Positions 19,677-29,634 of a stretch of 64,000 nt of DNA are shown here, one piece after another. This stretch comes from an uncultured Planctomycetaceae bacterium (GTDB lineage Bacteria > Planctomycetota > Planctomycetia > Pirellulales > PALSA-1355). The notes under the pieces were generated by a model. That model made no database searches and was not told where the DNA came from. It worked only from the letters and a program-made list of their open reading frames with translations. Each line of letters opens with the position of its first letter. The first letter of the stretch is position 1. The DNA is taken from contig CAWAUV010000008.1 of the NCBI GenBank assembly GCA_963785305.1, forward strand, positions 1,024,001-1,088,000. Reading direction: 5' to 3'. A program made the translations under genes and the position numbers.

Positions 19677-21116
19677 ATGAATCCCACGAACCGCGAGCTT
19701 CTCTTTTCTCGACGCGAGTTGCTACGGCGATCGGGCATGGGCTTCGCCTCGCTGGCCGCGGCGCAGCTGCTCGGCGCCGATACGAGGGCATGGGCCGTGG
19801 ATGTCGACCCCGATCATCCGCTCGCCGCGCGGCCGGCGCCGCTGCCGGCCAAGGCGAAGCATGTGATTCATATTTTCATGAATGGCGGCTGGTCGCAGGT
19901 CGACACCTTCGACCCCAAGCCGGCGCTGGCCCAATATGCCGGCAAGCCGCTGCCGACTCCCAATCTCAAGACCGAGCGGCCGACCGGCGCCGCCTTTCCC
20001 TCGCCCTTCAAATTCTCGAAATACGGCCAGAGCGGCATCGAGGTCAGCGAACTATTTCCGCATGTGGGCGAGTGCATCGACAACGTGGCGGTCGTGCGTT
20101 CGATGCATGCCGATGTGCCAAACCATGAGCCTTCGCTGCTTCTCATGAACTGCGGCGAGTCGCGCCTGCCGCGGCCGAGCCTGGGCAGTTGGCTCACCTA
20201 TGGCCTGGGCTCCGAGAATCAAAATCTACCCGGTTTCGTGGCCATGTGTCCGCACGGCTATCCGATTCAAGAATCGCAAAACTGGCAAGCCGGTTTCCTG
20301 CCGGGCATTTATCAAGGCACGTATGTCGACACCCAGCATACCGACATTGAAAAGCTGATCGCCAACATCAAGAACCATGTCGCCACTCCCGAGCAGCAGC
20401 GGCGGCAATTGGAGTTCGTGCAGCAGCTCAATTCGCGGCATCGCCTCGAGCGGCAGAACGACGCGGCGCTCGAGGCCCGCATCCAGTCGCTCGAGCTGGC
20501 CTACAAGATGCAAACCGAAGCGGCCGAGGCTTTTGATGTGACTCGCGAGCCGAAGCATATTCTCGATATGTACGGCCCTGGCGAGCAGGCGCGGCAGATT
20601 CTCATCGCGCGGCGATTGGTCGAGCGCGGGGTGCGGTTCGTGCAGCTATGGCATGGCGAGGGTCAGCCCTGGGATAGCCACGACGATATCGAAGTGAACC
20701 ATCGCCGGCTGGCCAAGCAATGCGATCAGGCGATCGGCGCCCTGCTGAAAGACCTCAAACAGCGCGGCTTGTTGGACGAGACCCTGGTCGTGATCGGCGG
20801 CGAGTTCGGGCGCACGCCGGTGGTCGAGCTCCCGAAGGCCGGCTCCAATGGCGGCAAGATCAACGGCCGCGACCACAACCACCACGGCTTCACGATGCTC
20901 TTGGCCGGCGGCGGAGTGCGCGGGGGCTACGTTCACGGGGCCACCGATGAGTTCGGCTTCCAAGCCGTCGAGAAGCGAGTGCATGTCCATGACCTGCACG
21001 CCACGATTCTGAAGCTCATGGGCTTCGACCACGAAAAATTCACCTTCCGCTACGCCGGCCGCGACTTCCGCCTGACCGACGTGCATGGGCAGATCGTGTC
21101 GGAGCTGATCGCCTGA
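19677..21116 (+). CDS. DUF1501 domain protein (Tat-exported)
   Basis: SRRELL Tat motif, AKHVIHIFMNGGWSQVDTFDPKP, ARRLVERGVRFV, GEFGRTP, GRDHN and VHVHDLHAT. Confidence 0.93.
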   Translation: MNPTNRELLFSRRELLRRSGMGFASLAAAQLLGADTRAWAVDVDPDHPLAARPAPLPAKAKHVIHIFMNGGWSQVDTFDPKPALAQYAGKPLPTPNLKTERPTGAAFPSPFKFSKYGQSGIEVSELFPHVGECIDNVAVVRSMHADVPNHEPSLLLMNCGESRLPRPSLGSWLTYGLGSENQNLPGFVAMCPHGYPIQESQNWQAGFLPGIYQGTYVDTQHTDIEKLIANIKNHVATPEQQRRQLEFVQQLNSRHRLERQNDAALEARIQSLELAYKMQTEAAEAFDVTREPKHILDMYGPGEQARQILIARRLVERGVRFVQLWHGEGQPWDSHDDIEVNHRRLAKQCDQAIGALLKDLKQRGLLDETLVVIGGEFGRTPVVELPKAGSNGGKINGRDHNHHGFTMLLAGGGVRGGYVHGATDEFGFQAVEKRVHVHDLHATILKLMGFDHEKFTFRYAGRDFRLTDVHGQIVSELIA

Positions 21117-21120
21117 AAAG

Positions 21121-21172
21121 AGCCCGAGGCGAAGCCGCGATGCTTATGCGCCGCGCTTCGCCCCGAGCTTGA
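21121..21172. terminator. Possible hairpin terminator between convergent genes
   Basis: GGCGAAGC (21128-35) / GCTTCGCC (21155-62) inverted repeat; only weak T-tracts. Confidence 0.35.
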
Positions 21173-21220
21173 TTTAGCTGCTCGCGGCAGAATAGGCCGC
21201 TCGCGGTTGCAAGTCGCTAT

Positions 21221-22066
21221 TTATTTGGCCGCTTCCTTCGCGCCTTCGCCGCGAAGCGAAGCGAGCTCTTTTTCCATGCGATCCAATCGCTTCAGGATTT
21301 CATCGAGCTTGGAGTTGACCTCGCGGGCCGGATTTCCCTCGCCGCTCTGCGCCGTTCGACCGGCATTCGCGCGAATCCGCTCCATTTCGGCCCGCATTTT
21401 CTGAGCCATTGCTTCGTGCTCGGCCCGCATCTTTTGAGCCATGGATTCATTCGCTTCCCGGCCCGCCTTAACGCGGTCCATCTCGGCGCGAATTTTCTGG
21501 GCCCGAGCTTCGTTTTCTTCGCGGGCTTTCTTAATGGCATCGCATGCTGCTTGGAGCGACCGCTTCATTTCCGCCGGCAGCTTGTCGCCCTGCTCGGTGA
21601 TCGCCTTGAGCGAATCAGCATTGTTGCCATCAATGTGAAATTCTTGATGCTTGCCGTCGACATCGACCACGATCGTCATGGCGTGCCGCCTGGCGGCCTT
21701 ATCCGTTCGGCGAGACTTTTGAATTTGTTCACGTACCTCGGGCGGAAGCTTTTCGAGCACGTCTTGCGGCAGTTCGCCGCCCACTTCCGTGGCATGCACG
21801 CTTCCGTCGGGCGCCAGGGTGATGACTTCGCCGACTAAAATGGTCTCGAGCTTCACTCCGGGCTTGGCCCTCACCGCAGTCGACGATTCACTCTGGGCGG
21901 TCGAGCCCGACGCGGCGGTCGAGCCCGCAGCCAACGCATCGGTCGGAGCCGTGGCCGACGCGCTCGCGGCGGCCGGAACCGGCGCCTCTTCGGCAAAGCC
22001 GCCTTGCGGCGCGAAACCGAGCGCCAGGGCCGCGGCGACCAACACTTCAACGGGTCCAATTTTCAT
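21221..22066 (-). CDS. Secreted hypothetical protein with C-terminal coiled coil
   Basis: GGAGG RBS, signal peptide MKIGPVEVLVAAALALGFAPQGGFA and repeated AQK(I/M)RAE units. Confidence 0.65.
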   Translation of the reverse strand: MKIGPVEVLVAAALALGFAPQGGFAEEAPVPAAASASATAPTDALAAGSTAASGSTAQSESSTAVRAKPGVKLETILVGEVITLAPDGSVHATEVGGELPQDVLEKLPPEVREQIQKSRRTDKAARRHAMTIVVDVDGKHQEFHIDGNNADSLKAITEQGDKLPAEMKRSLQAACDAIKKAREENEARAQKIRAEMDRVKAGREANESMAQKMRAEHEAMAQKMRAEMERIRANAGRTAQSGEGNPAREVNSKLDEILKRLDRMEKELASLRGEGAKEAAK

Positions 22067-22162
22067 GGAAACATCCTCCCCAGTTAATGTTCGATTTCGA
22101 TACACGAAGCAGCAACGGCCATCCGCAAATATCGCGAACACAGGCATTGCCGACGAATCACA

Positions 22163-22825
22163 TCACCGCGGCTCAACCGCTCGGCGGTTTTCGCCGACGC
22201 CCGAATAGTGCATAACCGCTCGGCGGGTGGGCACAGCCCAGCGCGTGCCGTTCTTGGCGGTCACGATATAGAGCGTCGGCTCCTCTTCGACCTCGAAGCC
22301 TCGATCGGCCAGCAGTTCGCGATCAGCTTCGGCGATGATCGGAGCCGGTGAAAACGATTCATTGTCGTCGAGCGAGACACTAGGCTGCCGCGCGACCGCG
22401 TTGGAATCAATTGCTTCCGGCGCCGGCGAAATCGCGCCCGTCTCCGCGACGCCCCTCCGTTCAATGCCGGGCCGCTCGACGATGATCTTCGCGGTGACAG
22501 GACCGGCTAGTATCGTGTCGGGCTCGGGCGACGGTCGCCGGAGCGACGTTCCCGCAATACCGATCACGATGCCCGCCGCGAGCGCGCCGGCGGCCAGCGC
22601 CGCTTGGCGCCAAGCGCGCTTCGCGCCGGCCACGCGCGCCGGGGTCACACTCGCAAACTCGCGCAAGACGGCGACCACGCGCCGGTGTTCCGCCACGGCC
22701 AGCGTCGCCATGCGCCATGTCTCGGGCGCGAGTTCGCAACGGGTCAAAAAATCGCGTTCCTCGCCCGCGTCCATTTCTCCGCTGGCGAATCGCAGAATAT
22801 CGCGCTCGTCGATCGAGTCGATCAA
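22163..22825 (-). CDS. Putative membrane-anchored anti-sigma factor
   Basis: TTG start overlaps the ECF sigma stop; N-terminal DILRFASGEMDAGEERDFL...W, then one TM segment (AALAAGALAAGIVIGIAG). Confidence 0.65.
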   Translation of the reverse strand: MIDSIDERDILRFASGEMDAGEERDFLTRCELAPETWRMATLAVAEHRRVVAVLREFASVTPARVAGAKRAWRQAALAAGALAAGIVIGIAGTSLRRPSPEPDTILAGPVTAKIIVERPGIERRGVAETGAISPAPEAIDSNAVARQPSVSLDDNESFSPAPIIAEADRELLADRGFEVEEEPTLYIVTAKNGTRWAVPTRRAVMHYSGVGENRRAVEPR

Positions 22826-23391
22826 GGGTCGTCTCCCTCCAGGCCGCGGGCTTCGAGCCGGCGGCGCAATCGTTTTCTGGCCTCGATCACTCGGTACTCG
22901 GCCACATGCTTCGTGCCGCCGATGCGCGAGCCGATCTCCTCGTAGGGCAGGCCTTGCACATATTTCCACACCAGGAGCCGCCGCGAGGGCTCATCCAAGG
23001 CGGCGAGCTCCTCGCGCACGATTTGCCGTCGCTCTTCGTCGAGCAGCCAAAAGATCGGATCGCCTGCGGAGGCTAGGCCGGTATCGCGCGATTCGCGAAA
23101 GCCGGCCAGTTTGCGCTCCCGGCGGACGCGGCTTCGCACCACGAGCGCGCATTGCCGCAACACGATCTTGCATAGCCAGGGCGCGACCTGCTCGATGCGA
23201 GTCGGCCGCGCGCTCGATCGCGCGATCGCCACCTGCACTTCTTGCAGCACATCGTCGAGCGGCTCGCCGCCGCCGGTGCGCACCGCCACCAGCCGGCCGA
23301 TCCACCCACGGCCGTCCTCGACCACGGTCGACCAGTCGATCGACTCCGCGGCGGTGTCTTTCAAGCTCGATTCGAGTGGCGGCATTCGCAT
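22822..23391 (-). CDS. ECF RNA polymerase sigma factor
   Basis: Region 2 DDVLQEV...WLCKIV and region 4 LDEPSRRLLVWKYVQGLPYEEIG...ARKRLR. Confidence 0.85.
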   Translation of the reverse strand: MRMPPLESSLKDTAAESIDWSTVVEDGRGWIGRLVAVRTGGGEPLDDVLQEVQVAIARSSARPTRIEQVAPWLCKIVLRQCALVVRSRVRRERKLAGFRESRDTGLASAGDPIFWLLDEERRQIVREELAALDEPSRRLLVWKYVQGLPYEEIGSRIGGTKHVAEYRVIEARKRLRRRLEARGLEGDDP

Positions 23392-23488
23392 GATCCCGAG
23401 CGCATCGTCGTGCCCCACCGGATTATTGCCGCACCGGGCCGGAGCCGGGAACAATTTTCCGAAAAAAGGGCGAGTGCGCCCGCGGGGC

Positions 23489-24481
23489 TCACCCGGCGCC
23501 AGGCTCCGGGGAATCCGACGGCGGCGTGAATTTCGCGGGCGCCGAGCGCCAGGTTCCATAAAACACCGCGGCGATCACCGCCTCCGACACGAGCGACACC
23601 AGCCGCGTGAGCAGTGCGGCCAGGGCCGCCGGCGCCGGGCCATATTCGGGCGCCATCAGTTGCGTGAGCACCAATTCCCGGCCGATGAGCCCGCCCGGAA
23701 TCATCGTGAGAAAACCGGTCACCGCGCCCAAGGCCACAGCGGCGGTGTGCAGCGGCCAATGAGTCGTCGGATTCGCGCTGCCGAGGTCGAGCGAGCGGAG
23801 CACTGCCCACAAGCTCAAGCCTTGCAACCACCACCCGAAGCCGGTCATGGCCCAGCCGAGAAGCAGTGTGTTCCCGCGAATCGAGCGCAGCGAGTCGAGG
23901 GCGGCGGGATGGAATCGCTTGAGGCCCAGCCGCACGGCGATCATGGCAAAGAGCGCTGGCTGAGCCGCCACTCCGGTGAGGCCCAGCATGGCGGTTCCCG
24001 CCAAGATCGCCTGAGGGTACTGCCGCGCCGAGGGCGCGAGCGCGACCACCGCCATGAGCGAGCCGGCGGCCATGGCGGTGAGTGTTTCGATGAAGGCGGC
24101 GGCGATGGAAATAGTCGCGTCGACGCCGCGTCCGGCGAGCAGCCCCGAACGCAGCACCAGCACCATGGCCTTGCCTGGCACATATTTGCCGATCTGCGAG
24201 ATATAAAACGCGCGGACCGCCGCCCAGCCCGCCGGTTGACCGCAGGCGACAAGCACGCGCGAGTAGAAAATAGCTCCGGGCGCCAGGCTGAACAGATAGA
24301 ACAATCCGGCCACGGCGAGCCAAGCGGGTTGCAAACGGGGCAAATGCTGGCGATAGTCGGGGTTTTCCAGATCGGCCAGCGCCCCGAGGAGCGTGACTCG
24401 CAGGGCGGCGATCAATGCCAGGAGCAAGGCCAGCTTGGCCAAGCGCGCGAGCCAGCGGCGAGTCCGAGGAGTAATATGCAC
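23489..24481 (-). CDS. Lysylphosphatidylglycerol synthase TM-domain / flippase-like membrane protein
   Basis: Multiple TM helices with SQIGKYVPGK and PGGLIGRE. Confidence 0.75.
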   Translation of the reverse strand: MHITPRTRRWLARLAKLALLLALIAALRVTLLGALADLENPDYRQHLPRLQPAWLAVAGLFYLFSLAPGAIFYSRVLVACGQPAGWAAVRAFYISQIGKYVPGKAMVLVLRSGLLAGRGVDATISIAAAFIETLTAMAAGSLMAVVALAPSARQYPQAILAGTAMLGLTGVAAQPALFAMIAVRLGLKRFHPAALDSLRSIRGNTLLLGWAMTGFGWWLQGLSLWAVLRSLDLGSANPTTHWPLHTAAVALGAVTGFLTMIPGGLIGRELVLTQLMAPEYGPAPAALAALLTRLVSLVSEAVIAAVFYGTWRSAPAKFTPPSDSPEPGAG

Positions 24482-24663
24482 GGCGGCCGCTCGGGTAGGT
24501 CGGGGGGAAATTCGCGAGCACGAAACGCGCCTTCAAGTATGTCATTCTCCTCGCGTTGCTCCTAGCCCGGCCGGGGCCTGCTACAATACTCCGGCCGGGA
24601 GCGATTCCTGATTCTCATCCAAGTGTAACCATCGGCCGAGCCCAGCCCTAGCGAGATTCCTCT

Positions 24664-25749
24664 ATGTCGCGAGTCGTGTCGTTTGTCGTGATTCTTGTAT
24701 CGGTGCTGCTCGCGACCACGGCCTTTGTGTGGGTGATGGCGCCGTTTCTGTTGCCGATGTTTCTAGCGGTGCTCCTCACGGTGATGTTTCGCCCGCTCCA
24801 AGTTTGGCTCACGACCAAGCTCGGCGGGCGGGACCGACTGGCCGCCGCGCTCACGACGACGGCGATCATCGTGATCGTGCTCGCGCCGCTGTTGCTGGTA
24901 ATCGCCCGCGCGGCGTCCGAGGGCTACAACCTGGCCAGCGAAATCGACAACGACGCCCTGCGCAAGGAAGGCGCCTTGCGCGCCGGCAGCGCGCTCGATC
25001 ACCTGCGCGAGCTGGGCGCCAAGATCGGGGTCGAAGTGCCCGAAAACGCGAGGATCGTGCAGTCGGCCGCCGAGACGCTCGAGTCGTGGCTCGCGCCGCG
25101 GCGCTCCGCACCACTCAGTTCATCGGCTCGGCCCTCGTCGGGCTGGGTGTCATGATCCTGTCGCTGTATTTCTTTCTGGTCGATGGTCCGGCGATGGTCT
25201 ACGCCGCCATGCGGTTGATGCCGCTCGATGTTCGCTACGAGCATCAACTGCTCGACGAGTTCGACCGCGTGAGCCGGGCCGTGGTATTGGGCACGCTTTC
25301 GGCGTCGGCCGCGCAAGGATTGCTCGCCTTTCCGGCGTTTTTGCTCGCGGGACTGCCCTCGGTGTTTCTGCTCACGGTGATGACGATGCTGCTCTCGTTG
25401 GTGCCGGTCGTGGGGGCGGCGGCGGTGTGGGGTGGCGCGGCGGCTTGGCTCTACTTCTATGATGATCGCCTCGCGGCGGCGATCGCGCTCATTGTCTGGG
25501 GCACCACCGTCGCCACCGTGGCCGATTATGTGGTCAAGCCTTATGTGCTGCATGGCCACTCGAATCTCCATCCGCTCTTGGCGCTCTTGAGCGTGCTGGG
25601 CGGAGTCGAGACCCTGGGGCCGATCGGTATCTTCGTGGGGCCGATGGTCGTCGCGTTTTTGCAAGCGCTGCTCAATATCTTGCGCACCGAGATCGAGGCG
25701 ATGGAGCCTCGCCCCGACAGCGCACCCGTCCGAGCCGAAAATGCCATGA
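24664..25749 (+). CDS. AI-2E family transporter, frameshift near 25100
   Basis: PFLLPMFLA...FRPL, SLYFFLVDG, VPVVGAAAVW, DYVVKP and LHPLLALLSVLGG...GIFVGP. The 3' end is presumed at the ATGA at 25746-49. Confidence 0.8.
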
Positions 25750-26672
25750 CGGACCCTGAACCCCATCCGCCCGAAGCGGCATGCGCGGCGGGCCCCTCGC
25801 CGCCCCCCAGATCGCGGACCGGCCGGGTCATTCGCGCCGTGGGTCGTGCTCTTCGAATCGCGCTGCTCGTCTACCTTGGCATCTTGCTGCTCATGATGTT
25901 TTTCGAAAACTCGCTGCTGTTCTTTCCCAGCAAATATCCCGAGGGCGATTGGAACCCGCGGGGCATGACGGTCGAAGACGCGAACTTCGCCTCCGCCGAT
26001 GGCACGAAGCTCCACGGCTGGTTCGTGGAGAACGCCCATCCGCGAGCCGTGATCCTGTTTTCTCACGGCAACGGCGGCAATCTCTCCCACCGACAAGACA
26101 TCGTCCAAACCCTGAGCCAGCGGCTCGGCGCGTCGGTGCTCATTTACGATTACCGCGGCTATGGCCGCAGTGAAGGTTCGCCGACCGAGGCCGGCGTGCT
26201 GCAAGATGGGCGAGCCGCCCGACATTGGCTCGCCGCTCGCGCCAAGATTCCCGAGAGCCAGATCGTGCTCATGGGCGAATCGCTCGGCGGCGCGGTGGCG
26301 GTGGATCTGGCGCGCAACAGCGCGCGGGGCCTCATTCTCGATAGCACATTTTCCTCGCTGGCCGATGTGGCGGAATATCACTATCCCTGGGCGCCGGTGC
26401 GAATGCTGCTGCGCTCCGAATTCGACAATGTGCGTTCGATCGCCGAATATCATGGCCCGCTGCTAATGATTCATGGCGATCACGACCGCATCGTGCCAAT
26501 GCGGTTTGGCGAGCGGCTATTCGCGGCGGCCCATGAGCCGAAGCGGCTGGTGATTCTGCCTGGCGTGGACCACAACGATTTTCGCCCGCCGGCGGCGATT
26601 CGCGCGATCGATCAATTCCTCGGCGACCTTCCGCCCGTTCGAGGCGCCGAAACCGGCGAGCGATTGAACTAG
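25746..26672 (+). CDS. Membrane-anchored alpha/beta hydrolase
   Basis: N-terminal TM segment, LFSHGNGGN, DYRGYGRSEG, GESLGG, IHGDHDRIVP and HND. Confidence 0.85.
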   Translation: MTDPEPHPPEAACAAGPSPPPRSRTGRVIRAVGRALRIALLVYLGILLLMMFFENSLLFFPSKYPEGDWNPRGMTVEDANFASADGTKLHGWFVENAHPRAVILFSHGNGGNLSHRQDIVQTLSQRLGASVLIYDYRGYGRSEGSPTEAGVLQDGRAARHWLAARAKIPESQIVLMGESLGGAVAVDLARNSARGLILDSTFSSLADVAEYHYPWAPVRMLLRSEFDNVRSIAEYHGPLLMIHGDHDRIVPMRFGERLFAAAHEPKRLVILPGVDHNDFRPPAAIRAIDQFLGDLPPVRGAETGERLN

Positions 26673-26765
26673 ATCGCGAGAATTTAGATCGCGCTCCGCC
26701 CGCTGCTTCGAGCGACTATTTTTCATTCCGCGGACATTGAATTCCTTCCAACGAGCGAGGCGACG

Positions 26766-28740
26766 ATGAACTCGGTCACCAATTTTTTTCGCGATTCGGC
26801 ATTGCTCTCGCTCTTGCTCTTTCTCGCGACGCCGGCGCGTGGCGAGACCCTCGTCGACGCCGATTTCGCCAAGGGCGATTTCGCGGCCCTCGGCTGGAAG
26901 GTCTCCGGGGATTGGGATCGATTTACGTATCCCGCCCGAGGCTCGCAATCCTGGCGTCGTGGCCCGCTTCGCCGCCAACAAGCCCGATGGCTTCTTGCTC
27001 AAGCAGTTCGAGCCGATCGCGAATCCGACACAGTTGACGCTCTCGCTCGACTATGGCTGGGGCTGGGGCGACGCGGGCCAGGGCGCCGACGCCGTGGGCT
27101 GCATGCTCCTCGATCGCCAGGGCGATGGTTATTTGTTCGAAGTGCATCGCACCCGCGCCAATTGGGCCGTGCAATGGACGCTCGTCACCCACCGGGTTCC
27201 GGCCGAGAAAAAAACTTGGGCCGACACCGAAATCGATGCCCAGCGGCCCTCGGTTCGCGATGGTGGCGGGCTCGGCCGACTCACGATTACCCGGGCCGCT
27301 GGCGGTGACTGGCGCATCGCAAGCAAGGACTGGAACCAAGGCGCCGGCGCTTCGGTCGCTTTTCACGACGCCACGACCCAGGAGTTCAGCGAGCTGGTGC
27401 TGCTGGGCACGCACAATTTCGACGAACAGGTCTTCGATCATGTGCGATTGGAAGCCGTGCCCCGGGGGCCGACCGTGGCCCGGCCGGCGAGCGAATTCTT
27501 GGACAGCCTGGGAATCGTGACCACGTTTCCCGACCGCGGCCAACCGCTCGCGCAAACGATCGACATGGTCAAGCACTGCGGCTTTCGTTGGGTGCGCGGA
27601 GGCATCGAGGGGCTCTCGACCAACGGTCCCACGACGCTCGAAACCTATCTCGAGCTGCATCGCAAGACCGGCGTTCGCTTTAGTTGGGGGCTCGTGAGCG
27701 GCGGGGTCGACCTCACGAAATTGCTCGAGACGGCCAGGGTGCTCGCCGAGGGCGGCGCTCTCTTGGCTTTGGAGGGCAACAACGAGCCGAACAACTGGGG
27801 CGTGGTATACGAGGGCGTCGTGGGCGGCGGACGGGCGCCGTCGTGGATGGCGGTCGCCAAATTGCAACGCGACATGTGCGCGGCGGCAAAACGCGACCCG
27901 CTCCTCAAGAGATTTCCGGTGTGGTCGATCAGCGAAGTTGGCGGCGAGACCGACAATGTCGGCCTCCAGTTCCTCACCATTCCGCCTGGCGCCGGGGCGC
28001 TATTGCCCGAGGGCACGCAGTTCGCCGACTTCGCGAACGTGCATAACTATATTTATCATCCCGGCTCGCCCGGCTTGGCGGACAACAAAACCTGGAACGC
28101 CGCCGATCCCACCTCCGCCTGCAAAGTCGATGGGCTCTATGGCAACTACGGCCGCACTTGGGCCAAGAAGTTTCGAGGCTATTCGGACACCGAGCTCGAA
28201 ACGCTCCCGCGCGTGACCACGGAAACCGGCTGCACGATCGGTGGCCCGATCACCGAGGAGATTCAGGCTCTGAACATCTTGAGCATGTATCTCGATCAGT
28301 TTGCCCGCGGCTGGCGGCATACTTCCGTGTATCTGCTGCGAGACCGCGTCGATGAAAGCGGCAACCAAACCTTCGGGCTCTATCGCCGCGACAACACGCC
28401 GCGCAAGGCCGCCACCTACCTCCACAACCTCACCACGATCCTGGCCGACTCCGAGCCGATCACGACGCGGGGCTCGCTCGATTACACGATCGCCGACCAG
28501 CCGGCCACGGTGCATGACCTGCTTTTGCAGCAAGGCGCCGGCCGCTATGCGCTCGTGGCGTGGGGCGAACGGCTCCAGGGCGTCGACAAAGTGACCGTGC
28601 GCCTGGGCCGCGCTTATGCGAAGATTCGCATCCACGACCCCACGCTGGGGACGGAGGAAGTGCGCACCGCCGACGCCGCCACATCGCTCGACCTCACCCT
28701 CGGCGACCACCCCGTGATCGTGCTGATCTCGGAGCGATGA
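26766..28740 (+). CDS. Secreted glycoside hydrolase, clan GH-A-like, with an N-terminal beta-rich domain; frameshift near 26933
   Basis: Signal peptide in ORF 26766; LEGNNEPNNW (acid/base NE), ANVHNY and VTTETG (nucleophile). Confidence 0.65.
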
Positions 28741-28829
28741 GGCGCCGCGGAAGCTCTCAAGTAGCGTCGCTTCGTTGGCGCAACGGTAGCGGCGGTCATC
28801 GCCGCGATTTCGGGACTATTTTTAGTGGG

Positions 28830-28857
28830 TTGACTGCGCCGATGACTGGTATAAGCT
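28830..28857 (+). promoter_or_regulatory. Sigma70-like promoter
   Basis: TTGACT (28830-35), 16 nt spacer, TAAGCT (28852-57), in an AT-richer patch upstream of the hairpin and NYN gene. Confidence 0.5.
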
Positions 28858-28886
28858 TGTGTCAGGTTAATCGCGAACTTACATTC

Positions 28887-28946
28887 ATCCCCTGGCAGTA
28901 CGCCGCCCCACGAATTCGAGGGCTGGCCGAGCCCAGGGAATTTTTT
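28887..28946. ncRNA. Candidate structured RNA (multi-stem hairpin) upstream of the NYN RNase gene
   Basis: Outer stem CCCTGG/CCAGGG, an internal loop, GCC/GGC, GCCC/GGGC and CG-AATT-CG apex, then TTTTTT. On the minus strand two mismatches become G-U pairs. Confidence 0.5.
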
Positions 28947-28957
28947 GTAGGAAGACC

Positions 28958-29634
28958 GGGAAAACCGCATTTCTTGTCGACGGCGCGTTTTTTCTTGCTC
29001 GTCATCATAGGCTGACGGGGCGTGACGCCGCTCCCAAGGAGGTGGCAGGAAGCCTTCATGCCATCTGCTTCCAGCATCTCAGGAAGCTAAAGCGACATAA
29101 GCATTCGCTCTATCGAATATTTTACTACGACTGCCCGCCGCTCTTGAAGAAGGTGCATGCCCGCATGCCCCGGTCAGTAAGCAGTCGATCGATTTTTCAA
29201 AATCGTCCATCGCCATTTGGCGTCTTTCGTTTTTCGACGAATTGAAAAAGCTTAGGAAGGTCGCGCTCCGGCTCGGTCACCTTGACGAACGAAATGGCCG
29301 GTGGGTACTCCACGAACGCCCGCTCAAGGATTTGCTCAACAACAAAATCGCGTTCTCGGACTTAACGCTTGCGCACTTCAAGTACGATGTTCGCCAAAAG
29401 GGCGTTGATATGCGAATCGGGTTGGATATTGCCTCCCTGGCGTATAAGAAGCAGGTTGACCAAATCGTCTTGATTTCTGGCGACAGCGATTTTATATCTG
29501 CCGCGAAACTGGCTCGCCGCGAGGGAATCGATTTTATTCTTGATCCGATGTGGCATCCCATCCACGAAGACCTGCACGAACATATTGACGGCTTGCAGAG
29601 CGTAATTCAAAGGGAATCCCCGAAATCGCTGTAG
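28958..29634 (+). pseudogene. NYN domain (LabA/DUF88, PIN-fold) RNase gene; no start codon and frameshifted by an 8-bp duplication
   Basis: GKTAFLVDGAFF...LYRIFYYDCPP; GCATGCCC x2 at 29155-29170; then QKGVDMRIGLDI, LISGDSDF, AAKLARREGIDFILDPM and LHEHIDG. Confidence 0.8.

Noticed and set aside
24729..26672. Apparent AI-2E transporter / alpha-beta hydrolase fusion (647-aa ORF)
   Set aside because: An ATGA at 25746-49 is the typical stop/start overlap, and one indel upstream would separate the genes; most likely an artefact in this error-rich assembly.
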